Source: Desulfosoma sp. | Lineage (GTDB): Bacteria; Desulfobacterota; Syntrophobacteria; Syntrophobacterales; DSM-9756 | Reading direction: 5' to 3' | DNA: 64,000 bases | NCBI GenBank assembly: GCA_037481835.1 | Contig: JBBFKW010000001.1 | Span: 223,443 to 287,442 of the forward strand | Part shown: positions 47,673 through 56,453 of the stretch, piece by piece | How the letters are laid out: every line of letters begins with the position of its first letter | Numbering within the stretch: position 1 is the stretch's first letter | The notes under the pieces: model-generated | The model's input: only the letters and a program-made list of their open reading frames with translations | What the model was told of the DNA's origin: nothing | The model's database searches: none | Program-made: the position numbers and the translations under genes

Positions 47673-48497
47673 TCACACTCCCTGCGGTTTCTGAAAGCGA
47701 CCCTGGATGTAGGCCCGATTCGGGTACGAAAGATCCACGGCCTCCAGCACATCCAGCCCCGTGCGCTGTTCCACGGCTTTTAGAACAGCGCGAAGCCGTC
47801 GCATTTTCCGCGCGTATTCCCCGGCGCCGAGGTGGATCCGGGTTCCTTTCGGGTTGGCGAAAATGGTCATGCCTTCCAGCGGATCCCAGAGAATTTCCGA
47901 CACAAACCGTAACCCTAAGCCCGAGGAGCCCTCCACGGCGGCCAGGAGTTCTTGGAAGGCTTTGAGGAAAGAGGCCGGGAGACGGTCGCCGAGAGCGGGC
48001 TTCTTGTCGCCCACTTTGGTCACATAGGGCAGTTCCGTATGGGCTTCCGGCTTTACCTCGAGAAACAGGACGCCGTCTTCGTCCATGAGAAGAGGCCGGA
48101 CCCCCATGACCACCGCCTTCGGTTTGCGCTCGTCGAGGGTGACGAGGAGCCGACCGCTGGGTTCCAGGTCCACCCGGGCCGATCGCACCCACGGCAGTTT
48201 TTCCAGCCGGGCAGCCAGCACATCCAAGCGTAGCCGCAACATGTTGGTCCCCTTGGGTACGCCCAGCGTATCCAGAATCACCTTGTGCTCCAGCTTGCTC
48301 GCCCCGCGAATGTCCACGGTGTCCACGGTCAGCACCGGCGCGTCCAACAAGGCCCCGTAAGCCCAGGCCAAAGCAGCGCTCAGCCCCACCACGCCCGCCA
48401 TGAGAAACCCCAGCACGAGGAGCACCGCCGCCCAGTGAATGGGGCCTCCCACACGGCGCGGATCTCTGCGGTATCGGTTCCGTTTGGGCCGCATCAT
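47673..48497 (-). CDS. ftsQ: Cell division protein FtsQ/DivIB
   Basis: One TM helix plus POTRA domain (LPWV..A.V), DL motif; ATGA overlap with murB. Confidence 0.88.
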   Translation of the reverse strand: MMRPKRNRYRRDPRRVGGPIHWAAVLLVLGFLMAGVVGLSAALAWAYGALLDAPVLTVDTVDIRGASKLEHKVILDTLGVPKGTNMLRLRLDVLAARLEKLPWVRSARVDLEPSGRLLVTLDERKPKAVVMGVRPLLMDEDGVLFLEVKPEAHTELPYVTKVGDKKPALGDRLPASFLKAFQELLAAVEGSSGLGLRFVSEILWDPLEGMTIFANPKGTRIHLGAGEYARKMRRLRAVLKAVEQRTGLDVLEAVDLSYPNRAYIQGRFQKPQGV

Positions 48498-49405
48498 TCC
48501 AAAACCCGCACTTCCAGCTCCAAATCCACACCGAATCGTTCCTGGACCCCATCCCGAACGGTCCGGATGACGTCCAGCACATCGGCCCGGGTCGCCCGCC
48601 CCCGGTTGACGATCCAGTTGGCGTGGACAGGCGACACTTCCGCATCGCCAACCCGATATCCCTTGAATCCCGCCTGGTCGATGAGCGCCCCGGCCGATCG
48701 TCCCGGCGGGTTCTTGAAAACACAGCCCGCGGAAGGCCACCGCGCCGGCTGACTCCGGCGCCGTTCCCGAAGAAGCCCGGCAACCTTACGGGCGATGCGC
48801 CGGGGCAGTCCCAAACTCACCCGCAAATCCGCCTCGAGAACCACGGCTCCCGGAGGAAGTCCCCCGGACCGGTACCCCATGGAAAGGTCCGAACGGGGCA
48901 CCGTCCGCTCCTCAAGCGTCTCGTCCAGGAACCGAACCCTCTCCAGCACGTCCGAGACGGCGCCGTCTCGCGTTCCCGCATTCATGACCACGGCCCCGCC
49001 GACCGTGGCCGGAATCCCGGCAAGAAATTCCAGGCCGGTCCAGCCGTGGCGGATGCACAGCTTGAGCAGGTGCGACAGCTTCAACCCCGATCCCACCCGC
49101 ACGGTCCCGGACCTGTCATCCCAAGGGCGATATTTCACACGGGTGGCGCATCGATCCAAAAAGATCACCATGTGGTCCCAAGGGCCGTCGGGGAAAAGGA
49201 CGTTGCTGCCGTTTCCCAAAATCGTCCACGGAAGCCCTTCGGCGTTAAGCGCCTTCAGCAGGGTTTTCAAAGAATCTTCCGTTTGGGGCCGCACGACGCA
49301 GCGCACGGTCCCGCCCACACGGAACGTGTTCAGCGTGGATGCCGGCACATCCCATTGCGCCTCCACATCGGCGACCGTATCCAGCAGACGTTTCCAGTCC
49401 CTCAC
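48494..49405 (-). CDS. murB: UDP-N-acetylmuramate dehydrogenase
   Basis: GNGSNVL, GIPATVGGAVVMNAG, SAGCVFKNP and HANWIVN motifs; GTGA overlap with murC. Confidence 0.96.
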   Translation of the reverse strand: MRDWKRLLDTVADVEAQWDVPASTLNTFRVGGTVRCVVRPQTEDSLKTLLKALNAEGLPWTILGNGSNVLFPDGPWDHMVIFLDRCATRVKYRPWDDRSGTVRVGSGLKLSHLLKLCIRHGWTGLEFLAGIPATVGGAVVMNAGTRDGAVSDVLERVRFLDETLEERTVPRSDLSMGYRSGGLPPGAVVLEADLRVSLGLPRRIARKVAGLLRERRRSQPARWPSAGCVFKNPPGRSAGALIDQAGFKGYRVGDAEVSPVHANWIVNRGRATRADVLDVIRTVRDGVQERFGVDLELEVRVLE

Positions 49406-50811
49406 GAGTCCGCTCCCGGGCGATGGGCCGCGGCGGAAGTGCAGAGTTTTTCCAGGAGCCATTCGCCCACTTGCCAGACGTTTCCGGCACCCAGGGTCAT
49501 CACCACGTCCCCCGGTCGCACGCGTTCCAGAAGGGCTTGGGTCACCTCTTCAAGGGTCGGGCAGAAGGTGATGTCGTGATGGCCGTACTTGGCCACTTCA
49601 TCCGCCAGACGACGTCCCGTAACCCCTTCGATGGGCGGTTCGCTGGCGGCGTAGATTTCCGTGATGAAGAGGACGTCCGACTGATAAAAGCACGTCGCGA
49701 ATTGATCCATGAGGCCGCGGGTGCGCGTGTACCGGTGCGGCTGGAAGACGACGATCTTTCGCCGATGCGGGTAGCTTTCCGTCAAGGCTTTCAAAACCGC
49801 CCGAATTTCCGTGGGATGATGACCGTAGTCGTCCAAGACCAGCACACCGGCGCTTTCCCCCTTGATCTGGAAGCGGCGCTGGACACCCGTCATGTCTTGA
49901 ATGCCGAGCCGGATGGCGTCCCAGCCCACTTCCAATTCGACGCCGACCGCCACGGCAGCCAGGGAATTGAGCACGTTGTGCCGGCCGGGGATGGGAAGGA
50001 CCATTTCGCCCAGCTCGCAGTCCCCGTGATAGGCCCGATACCGCGTCCCCAGTCCGTCCACGGACACTTCGCGGGCCTGGAAATCCGCCTGGGACGAGAA
50101 GCCATAGGTGACGAAGCGTTTCTGGATCCGCGGCACAATGTGCTGAATGTTTTCGTCTTCCAAACACAGTACGGCTTGGCCGTAAAAAGGCACCTTGTTG
50201 ATAAACTGCAGGAAGGTCTCCCGGATATGATCCACGTCCCGGTAAAAGTCCACGTGCTCCCAATCGATGTTCGTTACCACGGCGATGGTCGGTGAAAGCA
50301 GCAGAAACGTCCCGTCGCTTTCATCCGCCTCGGCCACCACAAAATCACCGCCCCCCAGCTTGGCGTTGGTGCCCCAGGCGTTGAGCTTGCCGCCGATGAC
50401 CACCGTGGGATCCAGCCCACCGCGGGCGAGCACCGTCGCAACCATGGACGTGGTTGTCGTCTTGCCATGGGCGCCCGCCACCAACACGGCGTATTTGAGC
50501 CGCATGAGCTCCGCGAGCATTTCCGCTCGGCGAATGACGGGCACTTTGCCCATTTTCCGGGCCGCCACCACCTCGGGATTGTTTTCCGAAACGGCCGAGG
50601 ACAAAACCACCACGTCGGCACCCTGCACATGGCTTTCATGATGGCCGATATGAACAGAGGCGCCCAAAGCCCGGAGCCGTCGCGTGAGGTCGCTTTCCCG
50701 AAGGTCCGAGCCGCTCACCCGATAGCCCAGGTTAAGCAGCAACTCGGCGATGCCGCTCATGCCGATGCCGCCGATGCCGACAAAATGGATGTGTTGGTAT
50801 CGCTTATACAC
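49402..50811 (-). CDS. murC: UDP-MurNAc-L-Ala ligase
   Basis: GIGGIGMSG, GAHGKTTT, EADESD and DDYGHHPTE motifs. Confidence 0.98.
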   Translation of the reverse strand: MYKRYQHIHFVGIGGIGMSGIAELLLNLGYRVSGSDLRESDLTRRLRALGASVHIGHHESHVQGADVVVLSSAVSENNPEVVAARKMGKVPVIRRAEMLAELMRLKYAVLVAGAHGKTTTTSMVATVLARGGLDPTVVIGGKLNAWGTNAKLGGGDFVVAEADESDGTFLLLSPTIAVVTNIDWEHVDFYRDVDHIRETFLQFINKVPFYGQAVLCLEDENIQHIVPRIQKRFVTYGFSSQADFQAREVSVDGLGTRYRAYHGDCELGEMVLPIPGRHNVLNSLAAVAVGVELEVGWDAIRLGIQDMTGVQRRFQIKGESAGVLVLDDYGHHPTEIRAVLKALTESYPHRRKIVVFQPHRYTRTRGLMDQFATCFYQSDVLFITEIYAASEPPIEGVTGRRLADEVAKYGHHDITFCPTLEEVTQALLERVRPGDVVMTLGAGNVWQVGEWLLEKLCTSAAAHRPGADS

Positions 50812-50820
50812 CCCGTTTCC

Positions 50821-51999
50821 TCATGCCCGCACCCGTCGGGCGACGTTGAGGAGGATTCCCACGGCAATGCAGTTGGCCGTCAAAGAGCTCCCGCCGTAAG
50901 ACAAAAAAGGGCACGTCAACCCTTTGGTGGGGAACAAGCCCAGAACGACCCCGATATTGAACCAAGCCTGAAAAACGATGAGAAAGGTCAAGCCCAGGGC
51001 GAGCAAGCCTCCGAAGTCGTCGACGGCCTTCAGGGCCACGTGGAGGCCTCTCCAGAAGAAAAACATGACCAGCCCCGTGAGGAACAAGAGCCCCACAAAG
51101 CCCAGTTCCTCGGCCATGACGGCCACGATGAAATCCGTAAACGGCTCGGGCAGGTAAAAGAGCTTCTGCTGGCCGGCACCCAGCCCTTTGCCCCAGAGTC
51201 CGCCGGAACCAACGGCGATGAGGGACTGGATGAGGTTGTAGCCGCTGTCGAGAGGATCGGTCCAGGGATCCAGAAAAGCCATCATGCGGGCCAGACGGTA
51301 AGGCGAATGGATCACCAAAGCGGCCAGCCCGGCTCCCGCCAGGGGGACGAAAAGAAAAAGGTGACGCCACGGCACACCGCCCGCGGTCCACAGGACGAAG
51401 CTCACGGCCGTGATGATGGCGCAGCTTCCAAAGTCCGGCTCCAAGAGCATGAGAAAACACAATAGACCGAGGACCAAAAGGGAAGGAAAAAGGCCCAAGA
51501 GCAGCCGATCCAGGCGGTCCTTCTTGCGGCTCAGATAGGCGCTGAGGTAAATCACCCAGCCCACCTTGACGTATTCGGAGGGCTGCAACAAGAAGGATCC
51601 GATACCGAACCAGCGCCGCGCCCGGTTGATCTCCACGCCGATTCCCGGAATCCACACCAAGAAAAGCGCCACCATCATGCCTAAAAGGATGAGTTTGGAC
51701 AGAGGCATGTAGAGTCGATATGGAAACCGCTCGAAAAAGAGGATCAGGCCCACACCGGCGACGGCAAAGACCATCTGTTTTAGGGGATAGACCGGCAAGC
51801 CGCCCAACACGCCCCCCTGGCGCAGCGAGGTGGAGACGCTGGCGCTCCAAATCATGAGGATACCGAAGGCGATGAGCATCAAGACGACGGCCCAGATCTG
51901 CCCGGACAGGCTCCAAAACCCCGGCCCTTCCTCAACAGCCCTTTCGGGAGGCCCGAACGGCCCTATTCCTGTTGCGGCTTCTTCGCGCTCCACACCCAT
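50821..51999 (-). CDS. ftsW: SEDS peptidoglycan polymerase FtsW
   Basis: ARRW, QPSE, EPDFG, LPEPFTDF, EELG and SYGGSS motifs. Confidence 0.95.
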   Translation of the reverse strand: MGVEREEAATGIGPFGPPERAVEEGPGFWSLSGQIWAVVLMLIAFGILMIWSASVSTSLRQGGVLGGLPVYPLKQMVFAVAGVGLILFFERFPYRLYMPLSKLILLGMMVALFLVWIPGIGVEINRARRWFGIGSFLLQPSEYVKVGWVIYLSAYLSRKKDRLDRLLLGLFPSLLVLGLLCFLMLLEPDFGSCAIITAVSFVLWTAGGVPWRHLFLFVPLAGAGLAALVIHSPYRLARMMAFLDPWTDPLDSGYNLIQSLIAVGSGGLWGKGLGAGQQKLFYLPEPFTDFIVAVMAEELGFVGLLFLTGLVMFFFWRGLHVALKAVDDFGGLLALGLTFLIVFQAWFNIGVVLGLFPTKGLTCPFLSYGGSSLTANCIAVGILLNVARRVRA

Positions 52000-52006
52000 G
52001 TCCTCG

Positions 52007-53458
52007 CTATCGCCCCGGATCGCCTTGGGCGGCCTTTTCCGCATGCCGAACAAACAAGGCACGGAAATGGTCCCCTCGAGCCGCGTAGTTGGGATACTGG
52101 TCGAAGGACGCACAGGCCGGGGACAAGAGCACCACATCGCCCGGCCGCGCCCGAATCACCGCCTCCTGAAAGGCTTCTTCCAAATCTTTGACCACCACCG
52201 TCGGGACACATGAGGACAGCTCTGCCGCCGCCTGAGGCCCCGTTTCCCCAAATCCCACAACGGCACGGACCTTTTGGGCGCACAACGGTTCCAGTTCCCG
52301 AAAATCCGTCTTCTTGGAACGGCCTCCCAGCAGAAGCACCACGGGCTGCGCACAGCTTTCCAAGGCCTTCATCACGGCCCCCACGTTCGTCCCCTTGGAG
52401 TCGTTGATAAAGCCCACACCGTTGACGGTCCCCAACCATTCCATGCGATGCGGGGACGGCCGAAACGTGTCGATGATCTCCTGGACGACGCCGGGTTCGA
52501 TCCCGCAGTGCAGGCCCGCCAATGAGGCCGCCATCAAGTTTTCCAGATTGTGGGTTCCTCGGAGCGCCCATCGGCCGAGATCGAAACGGTGACGCGTCCC
52601 GTCACGATCGATGACGGTGAGCGTCCGGCCGTCCGTGTAGGCGTGAGCCGAAGAATCTTGTCGCGAAAAGAAAAGCGTAGGCACATCCAATGACGAAGCC
52701 CATCGACGACACACGGGATCATCGGCATTGATCACGGCCGTCTGCGAGACCGCCGCGTTCGTGCGAAAGAGGGAAAACTTGGAAGCCGCATAGGCTTCAA
52801 AATCCGGATAGCGGTCTAGATGATCCTGCGTGACATTCAAGACGATCCCAACGTCCGGGGCAAAGCTCGAGGCGCTGTCCAGCTGAAAGCTGCTCACTTC
52901 AAGGACACACCAATCGAGGGTCTCATCGAGCGCCGCCCCGTCGGCCTGCTTACAGCAGTGCGCCGCAAGCCATCCGCTTAGAGGCGTGCCGATGTTTCCG
53001 CCGACGAAAACCTTCAAGCCGGCGCTTTGCAAAAGAGCGCCCACGAGTTCCGTGGTCGTGGTTTTCCCGTTAGTTCCCGTCACGGCCACGGTCGGAACCC
53101 TAAGGGAACGCCATGCCCATTCCAATTCGCCGATCACGGGGATTCCTCGATTGCGTGCCGCGGCCAGCACCTGCGTATCCAAAGGCACCCCGGGACTGAC
53201 CACCACCAGATCAGCCCCGACGAAGTCCTCAAAACGGTGTTCCCCCAAGCGCACGCGCACCCCTTCGGCCTCGAGGGCTCCCGCCACGGCCTGCAGCCTC
53301 GGATCCCGGGAATGATCCGTTCCCAAGACACGGTACCCCTGCCGAAGCCCCCACCGGCAGGCGGCCTGGCCCGAAACGCCGAGGCCCACAACAACCACAA
53401 GCGGTTGTGCCCCTGAAGTTTCCTCACGGCTCGATGGGATCGCTTCCTGCTTCAGCAT
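52007..53458 (-). CDS. murD: UDP-MurNAc-L-Ala-D-Glu ligase
   Basis: GTNGKTT, EVSSFQL, DHLDRY, NDSKGTN and SPACASFD motifs. Confidence 0.97.
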   Translation of the reverse strand: MLKQEAIPSSREETSGAQPLVVVVGLGVSGQAACRWGLRQGYRVLGTDHSRDPRLQAVAGALEAEGVRVRLGEHRFEDFVGADLVVVSPGVPLDTQVLAAARNRGIPVIGELEWAWRSLRVPTVAVTGTNGKTTTTELVGALLQSAGLKVFVGGNIGTPLSGWLAAHCCKQADGAALDETLDWCVLEVSSFQLDSASSFAPDVGIVLNVTQDHLDRYPDFEAYAASKFSLFRTNAAVSQTAVINADDPVCRRWASSLDVPTLFFSRQDSSAHAYTDGRTLTVIDRDGTRHRFDLGRWALRGTHNLENLMAASLAGLHCGIEPGVVQEIIDTFRPSPHRMEWLGTVNGVGFINDSKGTNVGAVMKALESCAQPVVLLLGGRSKKTDFRELEPLCAQKVRAVVGFGETGPQAAAELSSCVPTVVVKDLEEAFQEAVIRARPGDVVLLSPACASFDQYPNYAARGDHFRALFVRHAEKAAQGDPGR

Positions 53459-54867
53459 TCGGACCCCGCCTTTCCCATTCCTTTTTCTGCGATGATTTTT
53501 TCCACCACCCGCTCCATGGTCATGCCGCGCGATCCTTTCACAAGAACCCACTGAGCCGGTTTCAGATTCTGGATCACCACCCTGGCGGCTTCCTCATGGT
53601 CGGAAACGGGAAAGCATCGCTGCGGGGACAAACCGGCGCTTCGAGCCCCTTCCACGATATGCGCCGCTTGCGTCCCCAGAGCCACCAAGAGGGCCGGATC
53701 CGCCGCCGCGGCTTGCTCCCCCACCCACCGGTGCCACCGGGAAGACGCCTCCCCCAGTTCCCGCATCTCGCCGAGGACCAAGACGAGCGGTTTTCCTTGG
53801 GCCGCGGCCTTCACCGCTCGGAAGGCTTCCACCATGGATCCGGGGTTGGCGTTGTAGGTGTCGTCCACCAGAATCACCCCGTCTTGCAGCTCCAGGATCG
53901 TCATGCGCTGTTTGACCGGACGATAGGCCTCCAGACCCGCGCAGATCTCTTCCAGGGAAAAGCCGAGAACGTGGGCGGCCGCCGCCGCCGCCAAGGCATT
54001 GGTCACATGGTGGATCCCCATGGCCTGGAGCCGAACGGGCAAGACCCCTGAAGGGCTCGCAAGTCGAAAGCGGCTTTCCCCAACAAGGACGCTCACCGGC
54101 CCGTCGAGACAAAAGTCCGCGGCCCCCCCCATGGCCGAATAAAGAACACAGCGGGTTTTAAGCCCTCGGGCCAAAGAGGTCAAACGTTCGTCGTCGGCGT
54201 TGACGACGGCCGTGCCGTTTTCCGGAAGACTTTTCCAGAGGAGTCCCTTTTCCGAGAGGATGGTTTCGATGGAGCCCAAGCCTTCCAGATGGGCGGGATG
54301 GATGTTGGTGATGATCCCCACGGTGGGCCGGGCAATGGACACCAACCGCTCCATTTCACCGATCACATTGATGCCCATTTCGATGACGGCCGCTTCGTGA
54401 TCGGCCGTCAGTTCCAGGAGGGTCAAGGGCACGCCGATGAGGTTGTTGAAATTTCCAGGGTTTTTCAAAACCTTGAGCCTTCGGCAAAGGGCGGAGGCCG
54501 TCATTTCTTTGGTGCTGGTCTTGCCGTTGCTGCCCGTAATCCCGATGACGGGAAGAGAAAACCGCTCGCGAACGGACCGGGCCAAATCGCCCAGGGCCTG
54601 AAGCGTGTCCTTGACGACGATGACGGCCGCTCGGTCTTGCACCCTGGGCGCCCATTCGCGCTGATGGACAATGACGGCCGAAGCGCCCCGACGCACGGCC
54701 TCTTCCACAAAGTCGTGCCCGTCGAAACGTTCCCCTTTCAGGGCCACAAAGACGTCATTGGGCGCCAGGGTTCTCGTGTCCGTGACAACGCGAGCCAAAG
54801 GCCCCTGAAGGGGCATCCCCAGGAGTTCCCCGTGGACGGCCTCGGCGATCGCGGAAAGCGTCCACAT
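53452..54867 (-). CDS. murF: UDP-MurNAc-tripeptide-D-Ala-D-Ala ligase
   Basis: GSNGKTSTK, NFNNLIG, DTYNANP and KGSRG motifs. Confidence 0.97.
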   Translation of the reverse strand: MWTLSAIAEAVHGELLGMPLQGPLARVVTDTRTLAPNDVFVALKGERFDGHDFVEEAVRRGASAVIVHQREWAPRVQDRAAVIVVKDTLQALGDLARSVRERFSLPVIGITGSNGKTSTKEMTASALCRRLKVLKNPGNFNNLIGVPLTLLELTADHEAAVIEMGINVIGEMERLVSIARPTVGIITNIHPAHLEGLGSIETILSEKGLLWKSLPENGTAVVNADDERLTSLARGLKTRCVLYSAMGGAADFCLDGPVSVLVGESRFRLASPSGVLPVRLQAMGIHHVTNALAAAAAAHVLGFSLEEICAGLEAYRPVKQRMTILELQDGVILVDDTYNANPGSMVEAFRAVKAAAQGKPLVLVLGEMRELGEASSRWHRWVGEQAAAADPALLVALGTQAAHIVEGARSAGLSPQRCFPVSDHEEAARVVIQNLKPAQWVLVKGSRGMTMERVVEKIIAEKGMGKAGSEC

Positions 54868-56453
54868 CACGCACGTCCTCCCGCCGCACAACCGGGAACC
54901 GCCATCCCCTTGCGGCGCGCCAAGGCATCCCGGGCCACCAAGCGGTCGTCAAAAGGACGCACATCCGTTCCCACGATTTGATAGGTCTCGTGGCCCTTAC
55001 CGCCGATGAACACGAGGTCTCCCGGTTCGGCCCATTGGATGGCCGACTCGATGGCTTTTCGCCGGTCCACTTCCACCGCATAGCCGGCCCTTGGAATCAC
55101 GGGATCCTGGAACGAAAATCGGACCTTTCCCGTCGATTGCACGCCGGGTTCGATTTCCCGAACGATGGCTTCGGGCTGTTCCGTTCGAGGATTGTCGCTG
55201 GTGATGACCACCACATCGCCGTAACGGCCCGCGATGGAACCCATGACGGGCCGCTTGGTTCGATCCCTGTCGCCGCCACACCCGAAAACCACCCACAGCC
55301 GACCCGGTGTCAACTCACGGAGGCATTCCAAAGCCTTTTCCATGGCGTCCGGCGTGTGGGCGAAGTCGACAATGACCTCCACACCGCAGTCATTGTCCAG
55401 CCGCTGCAAGCGACCGTCCACGGCGGTTACGGCGCCGATTCCGCTCTCCACCGCCTCCCGCGGAATTCCCAGGGACTGCACGGCGCCGATGGCCGCCAGG
55501 ATGTTGTAAAGATTGAGGCGGCCCATGAGGGGCGAGGCCACCGACACATGTCCCGAAGGCGTCTCCACCGCGGCGTCGATCCCTTGGGCGCCGAGCCGCC
55601 AACGGCGGGGCCTCACAAGCGCACGAGGGTCTTCGACGGCATAGGTGCATGCGGAGCCTTGGAAATCCCGGGCAAGTCTCGCGCCGTAAGGATCGTCCCC
55701 GTTGAGCACAAGAGCCAACGCCCGAGGGGGCCGCCCTTTCATATGCTCGGAAAAGAGGCGCCGCTTGGCCGAAAAATAGGCTTCCATGGACCCATGAAAG
55801 TCCAGATGATCCTGCGAAAGGTTGGTAAAAACCCCCACGTCGTAGAAAACACCGTCCACGCGGCACAGTTCCAAGGCATGGGAGGACACTTCCATGACCA
55901 CGTGACTCACGCCGTCCCGGACCATTCGAAAGAAGAGGCGCTGAAGATCCGCCGCGTCCGGAGTGGTCATGTCCGCCTTTTCTTTCACATTGGCCCAGCG
56001 ATAGCCCAGCGTGCCGATCACGCCCACGCGATACCCCGCATGGCTCAGAATGCTTTCCACCAGCAGGGATGTGGTCGTCTTGCCGTTCGTCCCCGTAATG
56101 CCCACAAGGACGAGGCGTCGAACCGGATGGTCGAAAAAGGCCGCGGCCGCCGCGGCCATGGCCTTACGGGCGTTGGCGGCCACAACGACGGGAACGGACA
56201 GGGGAACATCCGGGATCCTTTCCACCAAGACGGCGCAGGCGCCGCGGCTCACGGCATCGCCGACGAAACGGTGGCCGTCCGTATGCGACCCGCTCAGAGC
56301 GATGAAAAGATCGCCCGGGCGAACTTTGCGGCTGTCCGTGGCCAGGCCGCTGACAAGGACATCCTTGGCCCCGACGAAGCGCACTGTCGGGTCGTCTTCA
56401 AACAGCGCTCCCAGCGGCTTGACCGGCGTATTCGCTATGTTTTGAGAATTCAC
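54867..56453 (-). CDS. murE: UDP-MurNAc-dipeptide-meso-DAP ligase
   Basis: GTNGKTT, EVSSH, DFAHTPD, DNPR (DAP-type) and GKGHE motifs. Confidence 0.97.
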   Translation of the reverse strand: MNSQNIANTPVKPLGALFEDDPTVRFVGAKDVLVSGLATDSRKVRPGDLFIALSGSHTDGHRFVGDAVSRGACAVLVERIPDVPLSVPVVVAANARKAMAAAAAAFFDHPVRRLVLVGITGTNGKTTTSLLVESILSHAGYRVGVIGTLGYRWANVKEKADMTTPDAADLQRLFFRMVRDGVSHVVMEVSSHALELCRVDGVFYDVGVFTNLSQDHLDFHGSMEAYFSAKRRLFSEHMKGRPPRALALVLNGDDPYGARLARDFQGSACTYAVEDPRALVRPRRWRLGAQGIDAAVETPSGHVSVASPLMGRLNLYNILAAIGAVQSLGIPREAVESGIGAVTAVDGRLQRLDNDCGVEVIVDFAHTPDAMEKALECLRELTPGRLWVVFGCGGDRDRTKRPVMGSIAGRYGDVVVITSDNPRTEQPEAIVREIEPGVQSTGKVRFSFQDPVIPRAGYAVEVDRRKAIESAIQWAEPGDLVFIGGKGHETYQIVGTDVRPFDDRLVARDALARRKGMAVPGCAAGGRA

